In this document: piece by piece, positions 1 through 9,849 of the stretch
Position numbering within the stretch: position 1 is the first letter of the stretch
Layout: each line of letters opens with the position of its first letter
Assembly (NCBI GenBank): GCA_937983075.1
Contig: CALKAQ010000008.1
Location: forward strand, 554 to 64,553
Direction: 5' to 3'
Length of the DNA: 64,000 bases
Origin: an uncultured bacterium
GTDB taxonomy: Bacteria > Bacillota > Limnochordia > DTU080 > JAAYLA01
Translations under genes and position numbers: made by a program
The notes under the pieces: model-generated
What the model saw: only the letters and a program-made list of their open reading frames with translations
Databases searched by the model: none
What the model was told of the DNA's origin: nothing

Positions 1-557
1 GTGAGTACGCTTACGCCGGGCGCGATTACGTCGTCAACCAAGTGCTCGACATTCTTGGCACCCAGGCGACGTTTGAAGTTCACAACCATCACAACTACGC
101 CTGGAAAGAAACGCACCACGGCCGCTCAGTCTGGGTTATCCGCAAAGGGTCGACGCCGTGCCATCCGGGTCAGCTGAGCTTCGTGGGCGGCAGCATGGCC
201 GACATTTCGGTGATCATCCGCGGCAAAGATACGCCCGCTGCCCGGGCAAGCCTGTACAGCACGGTGCACGGCGCCGGTCGCATCATGAGCCGGACGCAGG
301 CGGCCGGGAAATGGCGCCGCTCAGGTGGACGCCGAGTGCGGGTAGGCGGCCAGATCAGCCAAGAAGAAATGCTGCGCCAGGTGAAGGCGTACGGTGTCAC
401 GCTGCGTGGCGCCGGCACCGATGAAGCGCCCGGCGTCTACCGCCGCTTGCAGACGGTGTTGGACGCTCACGCCGATACCATCGAGATTTTGCACGTGCTC
501 AAGCCCATCGGAGTAGCCATGGCGCCTGCCGACGAGTACGATCCCTATAAGGACTAA
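1..557 (+). CDS. rtcB: RtcB RNA-splicing ligase, C-terminal fragment (5' end outside window)
   Basis: Open frame runs from the window edge. The HNHHNYAW motif and downstream GAGR..MSR region are typical of the RtcB C-terminus. Confidence 0.75.
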   Translation, partial: EYAYAGRDYVVNQVLDILGTQATFEVHNHHNYAWKETHHGRSVWVIRKGSTPCHPGQLSFVGGSMADISVIIRGKDTPAARASLYSTVHGAGRIMSRTQAAGKWRRSGGRRVRVGGQISQEEMLRQVKAYGVTLRGAGTDEAPGVYRRLQTVLDAHADTIEILHVLKPIGVAMAPADEYDPYKD

Positions 558-1294
558 CGATCTTTCGGTTCCTCCTGCTCAGCCCGAGCCGGAAATCGAT
601 CGAGCTCATCGAGGTTGAGTCGAAACGGGTTGAACGTCGTGTTGTAATCGTAGACGTCAACGCCGCTCACGCGTTTGAGAACGGTGACGACACCATAGGT
701 CAAAGGCGTCAACAACACTTCAACCCCGACTTTGATGACGTAGGCGACGGCCATGATTTCGAAGATCAACGACCACGACCACTCACCGGCATAGGCGACT
801 GGAAAGAAAATCAGCGTATCGACGCCTTGCCCGATCAAGCTCGAGCCGATGGTGCGCAGCCATAAAAAGCGACCTTTGGTCGCCACTTTGAGTTTGGAAA
901 GTACGTAGGCGTTGAGGAATTCGCCGACCGCGTAGGCAAGCAGACTGGCGATCGCAATGCGTGGGGCTAAGCCGAGCAGCAAATCCCAGGCTTGCTGGCC
1001 CCCCGCCGCGACCCATTCCGGCTCTCCCGGCAACAGGCCGACAAGCCACACCGCCGCACTCATGAGCAAGTTGGCGGTCAAGCCCGTCCAGATGACCAGC
1101 CTTGAGCGCGCAAAACCATATACTTCGGTCAGGACGTCCCCGAGCAAATAGCTCAACGGAAAAATCAGATCACCGCCGGTGAAGGCGACACCGACGATGA
1201 CGGGTTTGACGGCGGTCACCTGGCTGATCATCAATACGCCGACAAACAGCCCCGCCAGGATGGAATAGTAGCGCAACCCCCTTCCTCCTTTCAC
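554..1294 (-). CDS. yhhQ: Queuosine-precursor transporter, YhhQ/DUF165 family membrane protein
   Basis: 246-aa polytopic membrane protein with the TIGSSLIGQGVDTLIFFP motif characteristic of the YhhQ/Vut family. It starts 5 nt after the purC stop. Confidence 0.7.
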   Translation of the reverse strand: MKGGRGLRYYSILAGLFVGVLMISQVTAVKPVIVGVAFTGGDLIFPLSYLLGDVLTEVYGFARSRLVIWTGLTANLLMSAAVWLVGLLPGEPEWVAAGGQQAWDLLLGLAPRIAIASLLAYAVGEFLNAYVLSKLKVATKGRFLWLRTIGSSLIGQGVDTLIFFPVAYAGEWSWSLIFEIMAVAYVIKVGVEVLLTPLTYGVVTVLKRVSGVDVYDYNTTFNPFRLNLDELDRFPARAEQEEPKDR

Positions 1295-1299
1295 AAAGT

Positions 1300-1983
1300 T
1301 TAGGCCCGTTGACTGCCCAGCGTGTAGTTGACGAGCTCTTCGGGACTGATCGGCTTGCCGTCGCGAGTCACGCGCATATTGTCCGTCGAAACGTCATCGA
1401 TGATTGCCAGTTGGTCTCCTACCGTGCCGCATTCAAACTTAATGTCGATGAGTTCGAGGCCTTTGGACTGCAACTCACCGCGAATGACTTCCGCCGCTTT
1501 TTTCACAAGCGCCTTGGCCTCGCGTACTTCATCGATGCGCATGATGCCGAGCGCGTCGATAGCTTCGTCGACGATCAACGGATCACCGCGCTCGTCGTCC
1601 TTCAGTGTAATTTCAACAAGCCCGCCGAGCTCGGCCCCCTCCTTGACGTATCGCCCATAACGTCGTACAAAACTGCCGGCCGCCTTGAAACGCACGATAA
1701 ACTCGAGTCCGTTCCACGTCGCCCGCTTGACAATCAACGCCTGCTCATCGACGTCAGCCGCAACAAAGTGCGTCGGAACACCATGTGCGGTGAGAAGCTC
1801 GAAGAAGTAAGCCGACTGCCGGACCGCCGCCCTCCCCTTGCCGGCGACTTTTCCTACGACAAAGTTGCCGCCCGGATCCACGCCTTCTTCGGTACCGGTG
1901 ACGTCATCTTTAAACACCATCTTCAAATGGCCGTTTTCCAGCTCGTACAACGTTTTTGTTTTGCCATCGGCAAGCAGTTTCAT
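1300..1983 (-). CDS. purC: Phosphoribosylaminoimidazole-succinocarboxamide (SAICAR) synthase
   Basis: 227-aa protein starting MKLLADGKTKTLYE. Whole-length similarity to PurC. Confidence 0.9.
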   Translation of the reverse strand: MKLLADGKTKTLYELENGHLKMVFKDDVTGTEEGVDPGGNFVVGKVAGKGRAAVRQSAYFFELLTAHGVPTHFVAADVDEQALIVKRATWNGLEFIVRFKAAGSFVRRYGRYVKEGAELGGLVEITLKDDERGDPLIVDEAIDALGIMRIDEVREAKALVKKAAEVIRGELQSKGLELIDIKFECGTVGDQLAIIDDVSTDNMRVTRDGKPISPEELVNYTLGSQRA

Positions 1984-2155
1984 CCCATCATCCCGTCCTC
2001 ATCAACCGTCTTCGCAAAGAGGCTTAATAGCGCTTATGCCTCAGCGCGGATGCCTCCTGTTTTTCCTTCCGGCGTGTCCGGCACCTCGGTCCTTTCTTGA
2101 ATTCTACGCCATCGAGCAGGCTCGTGGCTCGGAACGCCACCGTTCCTTTTCGGGT

Positions 2156-2788
2156 TTAGTCATCCAACAATCCGGACAGCATCTGCACGACATTCTCCCG
2201 GGGTCCGATATGAGCCGACAGGAGCCGTTTCGGTTCCAACTCAATGAGTCGCTTGACAAAGGGAACGACGTCTTCCTTGGTGAGGCCAAAGAAAAGAGTC
2301 GGCCCTAGCGCCAGCTCACCGTCTTCACGCTGCGTAAGCAAGTCGCCGATGATGACCGTAGAACTGGCGGCGTGCCAATACGCAACTTCCGAAAACTTCC
2401 CCGCTTCAAAGAGCAGCACGCGCCAGCCGTTGAATTCATCGCCTTCGCCGACCACCTTGTCGGCCTTGGCACCAACTTCGGCCAACTCGGACGCTGCGGA
2501 CGACGGAGCGACGATCGGCACGTTAAACACATCCCGCCACTTCGCCGTGCCACGCACGTGCCAACCGCTTGTCAACACGATGGCTTCGGGCTCTCCGCAC
2601 GCCTTGATTTCTTCCACCGTCCCGGAAGTTGCGGGCGGATCGACCAGCAAGATGCCTTTTTCACCGGGAACGACATAGCCGACAATGGGAAAGCCTTGAT
2701 CGACATCGACTCCGTCCCACCGCCATATATTCGCCGATACATTGGTAAGTGCTGACATCCATATCACCTCTGCAACCGAATTCGTCAC
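2156..2788 (-). CDS. Metallo-beta-lactamase-fold hydrolase (function unknown)
   Basis: ~210-aa ORF on the same strand as purC with MBL-fold-like composition. Start codon uncertain. Confidence 0.45.
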   Translation of the reverse strand: MTNSVAEVIWMSALTNVSANIWRWDGVDVDQGFPIVGYVVPGEKGILLVDPPATSGTVEEIKACGEPEAIVLTSGWHVRGTAKWRDVFNVPIVAPSSAASELAEVGAKADKVVGEGDEFNGWRVLLFEAGKFSEVAYWHAASSTVIIGDLLTQREDGELALGPTLFFGLTKEDVVPFVKRLIELEPKRLLSAHIGPRENVVQMLSGLLDD

Positions 2789-3016
2789 CGTATCTCCAAG
2801 TTCTTCCCTCTCCTAAGATCTCCTTTTGCTCGAAAATAGCAAGAAGCTTCACGCTATCTTATCCGCTGTATTATGATCTTCCCAACAACACACCCCAGGT
2901 TGCCGGACGTGTCTGCAGCGCAGTTCATCCGGGAGCGAATCGGGCATACTTTACAAGGCCAAAAAAATCGGGGAGAAATGCGCTCAACTCCCCGCCCCAT
3001 CCCCGGAGGGATACGC

Positions 3017-4024
3017 ATGAAAACCGCCGTTTTCAGCACCCAGCCGTACGATCAGCAGTTTCTCTGTGCGGCGAACGAAAAATACGGCCACGACCTCGCC
3101 TTTTTCGAGGCACGTTTGACACGGCAGACCACTCCGCTCGCCTATGGGTATCCTGCGGTTTGCCTGTTCGTGAATGACCAAGGCGACGCCGATGTCCTCG
3201 CCGACCTGCATGCGAACGGCACTCGCCTCATCGCGCTGCGTTCAGCGGGGTTCAACCACATCGATTTGAGCGCCGCAGAGCGCCTCGGCATGACCGTCGT
3301 GCGCGTTCCCGCCTATTCGCCCCATGCCGTCGCCGAACATACCGTCGCCCTCATTTTAGGGCTCAACAGGAAAATACACCGCGCCTATGCCCGGGTTCGT
3401 GAAGGCAACTTTTCTTTGGACGGTCTGCTCGGCTTTGATCTGTACAAGCGCACCATCGGCATCGTCGGTACAGGGAAGATCGGTCTGTTGACGGCAAAAA
3501 TACTCGCAGGGTTCGGTTGCCGCATTTTGGCGTACGATCCGTTCCCTGCGCCTGAACTCGAGGCCATCGGCGGCACCTATCTTTCGCTGGAGGAGCTGCT
3601 TGCGGAATCCGACATCGTCAGTCTGCATTGCCCGCTGACTCCGCATACGTACCATTTGATCAACCGAGAAACGATTGAACTGATGAAGAATGGAGTGATG
3701 CTCATCAACACGAGCCGCGGTGCGTTGATCGACAGCCGAGCGGCGCTCGACGCCTTAAAGGCAGGCAAAATTGGCAGCATGGGGCTCGATGTTTACGAAG
3801 AAGAGGCCGATCTATTCTTTCAGGATCTTTCGAATCAAGTCATCCAAGACGATGTGTTTGCCCGTCTCATCACCTTGCCGAATGTGCTGATTACCGGCCA
3901 CCAAGGCTTTTTCACGTACGAAGCCTTGCAAAACATCGCCGAAACGACGCTGAGCAACATCAGCGCTTTTGAAGCCGGCCGGCTGTCCGGCAACGAAGTG
4001 CAGGCGTTGTCAGTGATGCGGTAA
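3017..4024 (+). CDS. ldhA: D-lactate dehydrogenase / D-isomer-specific 2-hydroxyacid dehydrogenase
   Basis: 336-aa protein starting [15 protein letters not shown]-binding GxGxIG (GIVGTGKIG) and the catalytic His region are present. The longer ORF from 2873 includes non-coding leader. Confidence 0.85.
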   Translation: MKTAVFSTQPYDQQFLCAANEKYGHDLAFFEARLTRQTTPLAYGYPAVCLFVNDQGDADVLADLHANGTRLIALRSAGFNHIDLSAAERLGMTVVRVPAYSPHAVAEHTVALILGLNRKIHRAYARVREGNFSLDGLLGFDLYKRTIGIVGTGKIGLLTAKILAGFGCRILAYDPFPAPELEAIGGTYLSLEELLAESDIVSLHCPLTPHTYHLINRETIELMKNGVMLINTSRGALIDSRAALDALKAGKIGSMGLDVYEEEADLFFQDLSNQVIQDDVFARLITLPNVLITGHQGFFTYEALQNIAETTLSNISAFEAGRLSGNEVQALSVMR

Positions 4025-4122
4025 TGCGTCAGTACGCCACTTTGTCTACGACCCGTGCGGGAATGTCGGCACAGCACGCCTCGGGCCCTCTTGCCCACAT
4101 CAGCGCCCGCACGAACGCCGCA

Positions 4123-5049
4123 CTACATCGTTACTCTGGCGCTCTGGTCCGGCGTAATCGTCTGCGACGTCTTCAGCTGTTCTTGCAGCGATTCCGCATA
4201 CTCTCGTTCGGTCAGCATCACCAGCTCGTCGCCCGGCAAAATCACAAACGAACCTTTAGGCATGACAAACTCTTCGCCGCCTCGCTTGACCGACAAAACC
4301 ATGGTGCGCCACTCCTCGCGCAAATTGCTCTGGGACAAAGTGAGGTGTGCGACCGGTGCCCCCTCTTCGACCTTAGCCACAATGAGCAGACTGGCCTGTC
4401 CGATTTGCAGCACTTCATCGAAAGGCCGCTTTTCCAACGGGAGATCATAAGCGGCGCTGCGCAGCGACCGGTACGGTCGAGACAGAAACAAGCGTGTGAC
4501 GCTGCCGGTGATCAATCCGACAATCCAGCCGGCTATCAGGCCTAGAAACGTGCCTCCGCCGGATGAAGCAATTGCGCCGAGAATCTCCTGCACAATCGGC
4601 ATCGTTCCCACGACTTCCAACGCGACGAGACGCTCGAACAGCGCCAATCCCGACAAAACCGACACAAACGTGGAAATGGCATAGGGGGTGTTCACCGCCC
4701 AAACATATGCCAGCCCCGATGTCAACACGACACCCAATACGCGCGGCAGGCCGAATAGGCCGAAGATCCCGATTGCCGTGCCAACCACGATGCCTTTAAA
4801 CAATGTACTTGCGGTTGAAAGGACTCGTGGCCACAGAACGGTAAAGAAATTCTTCCATTCTTCAACGCGAACGAGAGGATGGGCGGATGCCACAATGAGG
4901 TCAAACGGAAGCAGAGCCGTGAATATTGCGACAAAAGATGAGGTGAGGCCCTTAATCGGTATGGCTGACACGTATGCAATTCCTACGGTGATGGCACGAG
5001 CTAATATAAGGAAAGCTTTTTCGTATTTGTCACGCTGCATGGGCGCCAC
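4123..5049 (-). CDS. Membrane transport-like protein with C-terminal TrkA-C (RCK_C) domain
   Basis: 308-aa protein with several N-terminal TM helices and a C-terminal ~80-aa region resembling RCK_C regulatory domains. Confidence 0.45.
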   Translation of the reverse strand: MAPMQRDKYEKAFLILARAITVGIAYVSAIPIKGLTSSFVAIFTALLPFDLIVASAHPLVRVEEWKNFFTVLWPRVLSTASTLFKGIVVGTAIGIFGLFGLPRVLGVVLTSGLAYVWAVNTPYAISTFVSVLSGLALFERLVALEVVGTMPIVQEILGAIASSGGGTFLGLIAGWIVGLITGSVTRLFLSRPYRSLRSAAYDLPLEKRPFDEVLQIGQASLLIVAKVEEGAPVAHLTLSQSNLREEWRTMVLSVKRGGEEFVMPKGSFVILPGDELVMLTEREYAESLQEQLKTSQTITPDQSARVTM

Positions 5050-5265
5050 ATGCTACCTCGCCTTGTGCTGAAAGATCAGTGGGCAGCCACAGCATACAAC
5101 ACGTCGAATATTCGGTCAAGAGTTACACAGAGTTGCCATTTGCATCAACTGCCGCCTCGGATTAGGGGTAAACCCCTATTGTCGGACGCATTCAATTCCG
5201 TTAAGTTTGAAGCGGAAAATGTAGGAAGCCACGCTGCAAGCCGCTTCCATGGAGGTTTATGTTTC

Positions 5266-6819
5266 GTGCACACACGTTTGCTAAGGCACAGGCAAGCCCT
5301 CTGCTTGCTTGCTTCGATCGTTTTCATCAGCTTCGTGCCTGCCGCAATGGCAAGCGGCGAAGTGCAAGAGATCATCTTGCTGCACACCAATGATCTCCAT
5401 GGCTATCTGCTCCCCTTCGTGGTGGACGGTGAAACACGTGGAGGGTTCGCTCGCTTGGCGAGCGTCGTCCGAGCATATCGTCATGAATATCCCGATCAAG
5501 TCCTTTGGCTTGATGCCGGCGATGCGTGGCACGGATCCAACCTCGCTAACTTCACGGTCGGCAGGTCCGTCGTCGATGTACTGAACGTCGCCGGTCTCGA
5601 CATCATGGTCTTGGGCAATCACGAATTCAATTTCACTCAACAAGACGTGCTGGACCGTGTTTCCGAAGCGGCCTTTACCGTATTGGCGGGCAATGTCGTC
5701 GTAGCGGAAACCGGCGAGACGTTTCTTCCCGCCACCACGCTCGTTGACGTCGGCGGCGTTGCCGTCGGCATCCTCGGGTTGGTGAGTCCGGACACGCCCA
5801 CTTTGAGCCACCCACGAAACTCGGAGGGTTTGGAGTTTCTCGATCCGATCGTCGCCGCTCGGTCATTGGCCGCGCAGCTGGCCAATGACGTGGACCTCGT
5901 CATCGCCGTCACACACATCGGCTTGGAATACGATCGCCTGTTGGCTGAAGCGGTGCCTGAAATCGACGTCATCGTATCCGGCCATTCACATACACAGCTC
6001 GATGAGCCTGAAGTTGTGGCCGGGACACTGATTGTGCAGGCGTTTGAGTGGGGCAAATATCTTGGCGTGCTTCACCTCGTTGTCGATGCCGAAGGCATTG
6101 TCGATTACGACGGCTACCTCGTCCCCATCACTGCCGAAATTCCGGAAGAACCTGCAGTTGCTGCAGCCATTGCCGAATGGCAAGCACATCTCGACGCTCG
6201 CCTCAACGCCGCTATCGGCGAAACGCTGGTGGATCTCGATGCCGACGCCGTGCGCATACGGGAGTCCAACTTGGGCAATGTGATGGCTGACCTCATGCGT
6301 GAGCATATCGGCGCAGACATAGCTTTCATCAACAGCGGTGCCATTCGCCGCTCCATACCGGCCGGCCCGATCACTTTCGGCGATATTTACGAAGTACATC
6401 CGTTTCACAACACGATTGTCGGGCTTGAACTCAAGGGAGAGCAAATCCTCGCGGCATTGGAAAACAGCGTGCTGCATTATCCAGAGACCAGCGGACGTTT
6501 CCTCCAAGTTTCGGGACTGAGTTATGCGTTCGATCCAAACAAACCGCCGGGTGAACGCGTCATCTCGGTGCGCATTCATTCGGCGACGGATCATCCTGAC
6601 GGCGAACCGCTGCGCCTCGACCGAGTGTACCGCGTGGCCCTTCCCGACTTCATCGCCGTAGGCGGCGACGACTATGACATGTTCGCCGACAGTCCGGTGT
6701 TCTTCGGTTCGCCCACCGAAGGGGGCGCCTACTTATGGGATATTCTTGCAAGTTATATCGAGTTGGCGTCGCCCATTAAGCCCGAAGTTGAAGGCCGAAT
6801 TCAAATCATCGCCGACTGA
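5266..6819 (+). CDS. Secreted bifunctional metallophosphatase / 5'-nucleotidase (UshA-like)
   Basis: GTG start at 5266 preceded by GGAGG, then a signal peptide (…AAMA|SG). Calcineurin-like metallophosphoesterase motifs (HTNDLHG, GNHEF) and a 5'-nucleotidase C-domain follow. The longer ORF from 5050 lacks a signal peptide at its N-terminus. Confidence 0.8.
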   Translation: MHTRLLRHRQALCLLASIVFISFVPAAMASGEVQEIILLHTNDLHGYLLPFVVDGETRGGFARLASVVRAYRHEYPDQVLWLDAGDAWHGSNLANFTVGRSVVDVLNVAGLDIMVLGNHEFNFTQQDVLDRVSEAAFTVLAGNVVVAETGETFLPATTLVDVGGVAVGILGLVSPDTPTLSHPRNSEGLEFLDPIVAARSLAAQLANDVDLVIAVTHIGLEYDRLLAEAVPEIDVIVSGHSHTQLDEPEVVAGTLIVQAFEWGKYLGVLHLVVDAEGIVDYDGYLVPITAEIPEEPAVAAAIAEWQAHLDARLNAAIGETLVDLDADAVRIRESNLGNVMADLMREHIGADIAFINSGAIRRSIPAGPITFGDIYEVHPFHNTIVGLELKGEQILAALENSVLHYPETSGRFLQVSGLSYAFDPNKPPGERVISVRIHSATDHPDGEPLRLDRVYRVALPDFIAVGGDDYDMFADSPVFFGSPTEGGAYLWDILASYIELASPIKPEVEGRIQIIAD

Positions 6820-6829
6820 GCATCGAAAT

Positions 6830-6860
6830 GGCATCTTCAGGCCGTCGGCCTGAAGATGCC
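6830..6860 (+). terminator. Perfect 14-bp inverted repeat (GGCATCTTCAGGCC-GTC-GGCCTGAAGATGCC) after the 5'-nucleotidase gene
   Basis: Hairpin seen directly in the sequence 11 nt past the stop codon. The U-tract is weak. Confidence 0.5.
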
Positions 6861-6937
6861 GATCGGCAAAAAGACCGCGGGATGCCCACCGACGATCAGC
6901 GTCGCATACTCGGCCGTGGCGGCGTATAGAATCTAGT

Positions 6938-7984
6938 ATGAAAAACGGCCGATTGTCTCCCTTTCGAGTGGCGAGTTTATATGTTGGGACCGTTGTCGGT
7001 GCCGGATTTGCATCTGGACAAGAAGTTCTCCAGTTTTTCGGTCACCATGGCATGTCCGGATTTTGGGGCCTTGCGATTGCAACGGTCCTTTTTGTTGTTT
7101 TTGGGGCGATGACTTTCGTGCTCGGTCACCGTCTGCGTGCGACATCCCACCTTGAAGTGGTGCAGCACGGCGGTGGGAGTTGGCTCGGCACCGTCATCGA
7201 TGCGATGATTACGTTTTTTCTGCTCGGATCTTTCAGCGCCATGGCAGCCGGCGCCGGTGCCGTATTTCACGAGCAGTTTGGTTTACCAGCAGTCTTGGGC
7301 AGCCTTGCCTTGTCCACCTTGAGTGTTCTCACGGTATTGATGGGGATTCAAGGGGTCGTGTCAGCGATCAGCTTTGTTGCGCCCTTTCTCATCGGTTCCG
7401 TTCTTCTGATCAGCGCCTTTTCCATCGCGCAAAATCCGATCGACTGGAACTGGTATCAGCCCCAAAGCGCATCCGTGCCGTTCTGGCCTCTCGCCGCCAT
7501 AATTTATGCGTCGTACAACATGGTTTTTGCCATCCCGATTTTGGCTCCGGCAGGAACCTTGAGTGATGAACATTCGTTAAAGAAGGGAGCCTTGTTCGGC
7601 GGCATCGGTCTCGGCTTGGCGGCGCTGATCATTCAGCTTGGCATGCTGTCGGCTATGCCCGAAGCGAGTCGGTACGACGTTCCCATGCTGCTCTTGGCAA
7701 GCCGAGTTTTCGGTGCATTCGCCCCGATATACAGCATCGTCCTGTTAGCCGAGGTGTACACCACGGCAATCGGCAGCTTGTATGGATTTGTCGCCCGAGT
7801 TACGGCTGGGAACAAGGCACTCTTCTCAGTCGCAACACTTGGCACCGGACTCGTCGGATTTACCGGCAGCCTGATTGGATTTTCGAACATTGTAGGCAAG
7901 GTGTATACGGCAATCGGCTATGCGGGTATTTGCCTTCTCATTCCACTGGTCGCAGCGTCGGTGAAAAGTCAAGGGAGCAGGTAA
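6938..7984 (+). CDS. YkvI-family polytopic membrane protein (amino-acid/germinant permease-like)
   Basis: 348-aa, ~10-TM protein. N-terminal LYVGTVVGAGFASGQE is characteristic of the YkvI family. Confidence 0.6.
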   Translation: MKNGRLSPFRVASLYVGTVVGAGFASGQEVLQFFGHHGMSGFWGLAIATVLFVVFGAMTFVLGHRLRATSHLEVVQHGGGSWLGTVIDAMITFFLLGSFSAMAAGAGAVFHEQFGLPAVLGSLALSTLSVLTVLMGIQGVVSAISFVAPFLIGSVLLISAFSIAQNPIDWNWYQPQSASVPFWPLAAIIYASYNMVFAIPILAPAGTLSDEHSLKKGALFGGIGLGLAALIIQLGMLSAMPEASRYDVPMLLLASRVFGAFAPIYSIVLLAEVYTTAIGSLYGFVARVTAGNKALFSVATLGTGLVGFTGSLIGFSNIVGKVYTAIGYAGICLLIPLVAASVKSQGSR

Positions 7985-8209
7985 TCTACACTTGCTTCAA
8001 GACAACCTTCACAATCATCCAAATTCACGACTTGCATGAAGGCACGTTGTGCACTTTGTGTGCGCAGAGAGGGCAGCCACTCCCCAACCATTGCAGCCGT
8101 ATCGATGGGCGCCATAACGCCCCGCAATTTGAGGATGCTGCCCGCTCCATGTAGCAATCTTCCATTTCCTCAAGCGTCAAAGAAAGCCAATCCTCCTGCG
8201 ACGCACATA

Positions 8210-8371
8210 TTATCGCCGCTTCGAGGTATTGTCCGGCGACGTGTTCATAGCAATGCGCCGAAGCAAATAGATCACATAGATCACTGCCGCAGGTATGGCA
8301 AGAGCAAGCACAACATTGATCAACGATAGAAGGAATAAGCCCAAATCCAAAGCGATGGACTTCTCGAACAT
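8210..8371 (-). CDS. Small hydrophobic protein (53 aa), unannotated sORF
   Basis: ATG at 8371 sits 6 nt after AAGGTG. It encodes MFEKSIALDLGLFLLSLINVVLALAIPAAVIYVIYLLRRIAMNTSPDNTSKRR, a single TM helix. Below the 60-aa cutoff of the ORF track. Confidence 0.35.
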   Translation of the reverse strand: MFEKSIALDLGLFLLSLINVVLALAIPAAVIYVIYLLRRIAMNTSPDNTSKRR

Positions 8372-8383
8372 CCGTTTCACCTT

Positions 8384-9049
8384 CTATAGGTACCGTCCGC
8401 AGCCAACATAGCGCGGCGATTGGCCAACTCCAAATGAAATCGTTACAAAAGTTGGAAACCCTTCGCCGCTCATCGCATCATAACACGCTTGTTCCTGAAT
8501 CGTCACCGTTATATCGAGTGGAGACAAAGGTTGCACGGTCCGGTATATTCTTGTCTTCGTGAAATAGTTGACCTGCATCGAGCCAATGGGTGTCTTAATT
8601 TCCGTCGCGCCATAATCCAGCGTCAATTCGATGCGCTCGTCGCCCCATATTACTAATATCCAGCCGGGTTCCTGTCCAATCGCCCGAAAGCTGGCACCTG
8701 CCCGCTTGGCTTTTTCCCACGGATCGATGGAAGGATCGACGACCCTCAGCGCATATGTTGCGCGATTGAACTCAAACACGGCTTCTTCGCCATCGTGCCA
8801 AAATGTTGTGGCGCCTGACGTATACTTCGCGCCGGAGGCTGCACTCACTCGGGGCAAAATCATCTCCGTTCCATCGGAGATGACAATCCGTACTTCTTCC
8901 TCACCGAAATATGCAGTCAACCGCATGTGGTCCGAAACAAACGTCACGCCGCTATCGTCGGCAATGGCACCGATGGAACAAGCGATGATGACGAGGCACA
9001 GCGTGAGCAGTCGCGTGATATATCTCCGAATCATGGACATTGCCCCCAA
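8384..9049 (-). CDS. Lipoprotein with MliC-like (lysozyme-inhibitor) and META/HslJ-like domains
   Basis: Lipobox LVIIAC|S follows a basic N-terminus. The YTSGATTFW segment resembles MliC. The C-terminal half has a two-Cys pattern reminiscent of the META/HslJ/DUF4377 family. Confidence 0.45.
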   Translation of the reverse strand: MGAMSMIRRYITRLLTLCLVIIACSIGAIADDSGVTFVSDHMRLTAYFGEEEVRIVISDGTEMILPRVSAASGAKYTSGATTFWHDGEEAVFEFNRATYALRVVDPSIDPWEKAKRAGASFRAIGQEPGWILVIWGDERIELTLDYGATEIKTPIGSMQVNYFTKTRIYRTVQPLSPLDITVTIQEQACYDAMSGEGFPTFVTISFGVGQSPRYVGCGRYL

Positions 9050-9289
9050 TGAGTACTCATGTCAAATGGGCGAGATGCGCTCTCACCGGGGCCGCACGCA
9101 CGCAAAGCCGCAATTTCTCCTTTTCTAAATCTTACCGGAGATGTTCCGTCTTATCAAGCTTGCGCTTGACCGAATGAGATCACGCCGGATCGAACCGAAA
9201 CGACGGAATGATCACCTCGAGACATTTCATACCATCTCTGTTTTATATGTTATAATTAACCGTATATTTTCTCGGGGAGGTCGTATGCA

Positions 9290-9838
9290 ATGATATGGAT
9301 TGTCGTTGGAATTGTTGCGCTGATCGCCATCATTTGGATTGCACAATACAACAGTCTCGTGAAGCTGAGCAATTGGGTGGAAGAAAGCTGGGCTCAAATT
9401 GGCGTCCAATTGAAGCGGCGCTATGACTTGATTCCGAATCTCGTCGAAACGGTCAAGGGTTATGCCAAACACGAACAAGAGACCTTGCAGCGCGTGATTG
9501 AAGCACGGAACAAATTGTTCACCGGCAATGCCTCGCGAGCGGAACAAATGGAAGCCAACGATGAACTGAGCGGGATGCTCAAAAACATCTTCGCTTTGTC
9601 CGAATCGTATCCGGAACTGAAAGCCCACGAAGGCTTTACAAAGCTGCAAGAACAACTCGAAGGCACCGAGAACAAAATTGCGGCGGCACGCCAGCTTTAC
9701 AACCGGACCGTCATGCAGTACAACACGAAAACGCAATCGTTTCCGAGCAACATCATCGCTTCCGTCCACGGTTTCACCCGGAAAGAAATGCTGCAGACAT
9801 CTGAGGCTGAGCAGCAAAACGTTCAAGTGAAGTTTTGA
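9290..9838 (+). CDS. lemA: LemA family membrane protein
   Basis: 182 aa with an N-terminal TM helix. The conserved LemA core (YNSL…QIGVQLKRRYDLIPNLV) is present. Confidence 0.85.
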   Translation: MIWIVVGIVALIAIIWIAQYNSLVKLSNWVEESWAQIGVQLKRRYDLIPNLVETVKGYAKHEQETLQRVIEARNKLFTGNASRAEQMEANDELSGMLKNIFALSESYPELKAHEGFTKLQEQLEGTENKIAAARQLYNRTVMQYNTKTQSFPSNIIASVHGFTRKEMLQTSEAEQQNVQVKF

Positions 9839-9849
9839 GGAGGAGCTTC

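Noticed and set aside
1295-2160. preQ1 riboswitch controlling the YhhQ-type transporter
   Set aside because: yhhQ starts 5 nt after purC, so there is no leader. The purC leader shows no AAAAAACUA-type preQ1-I signature.
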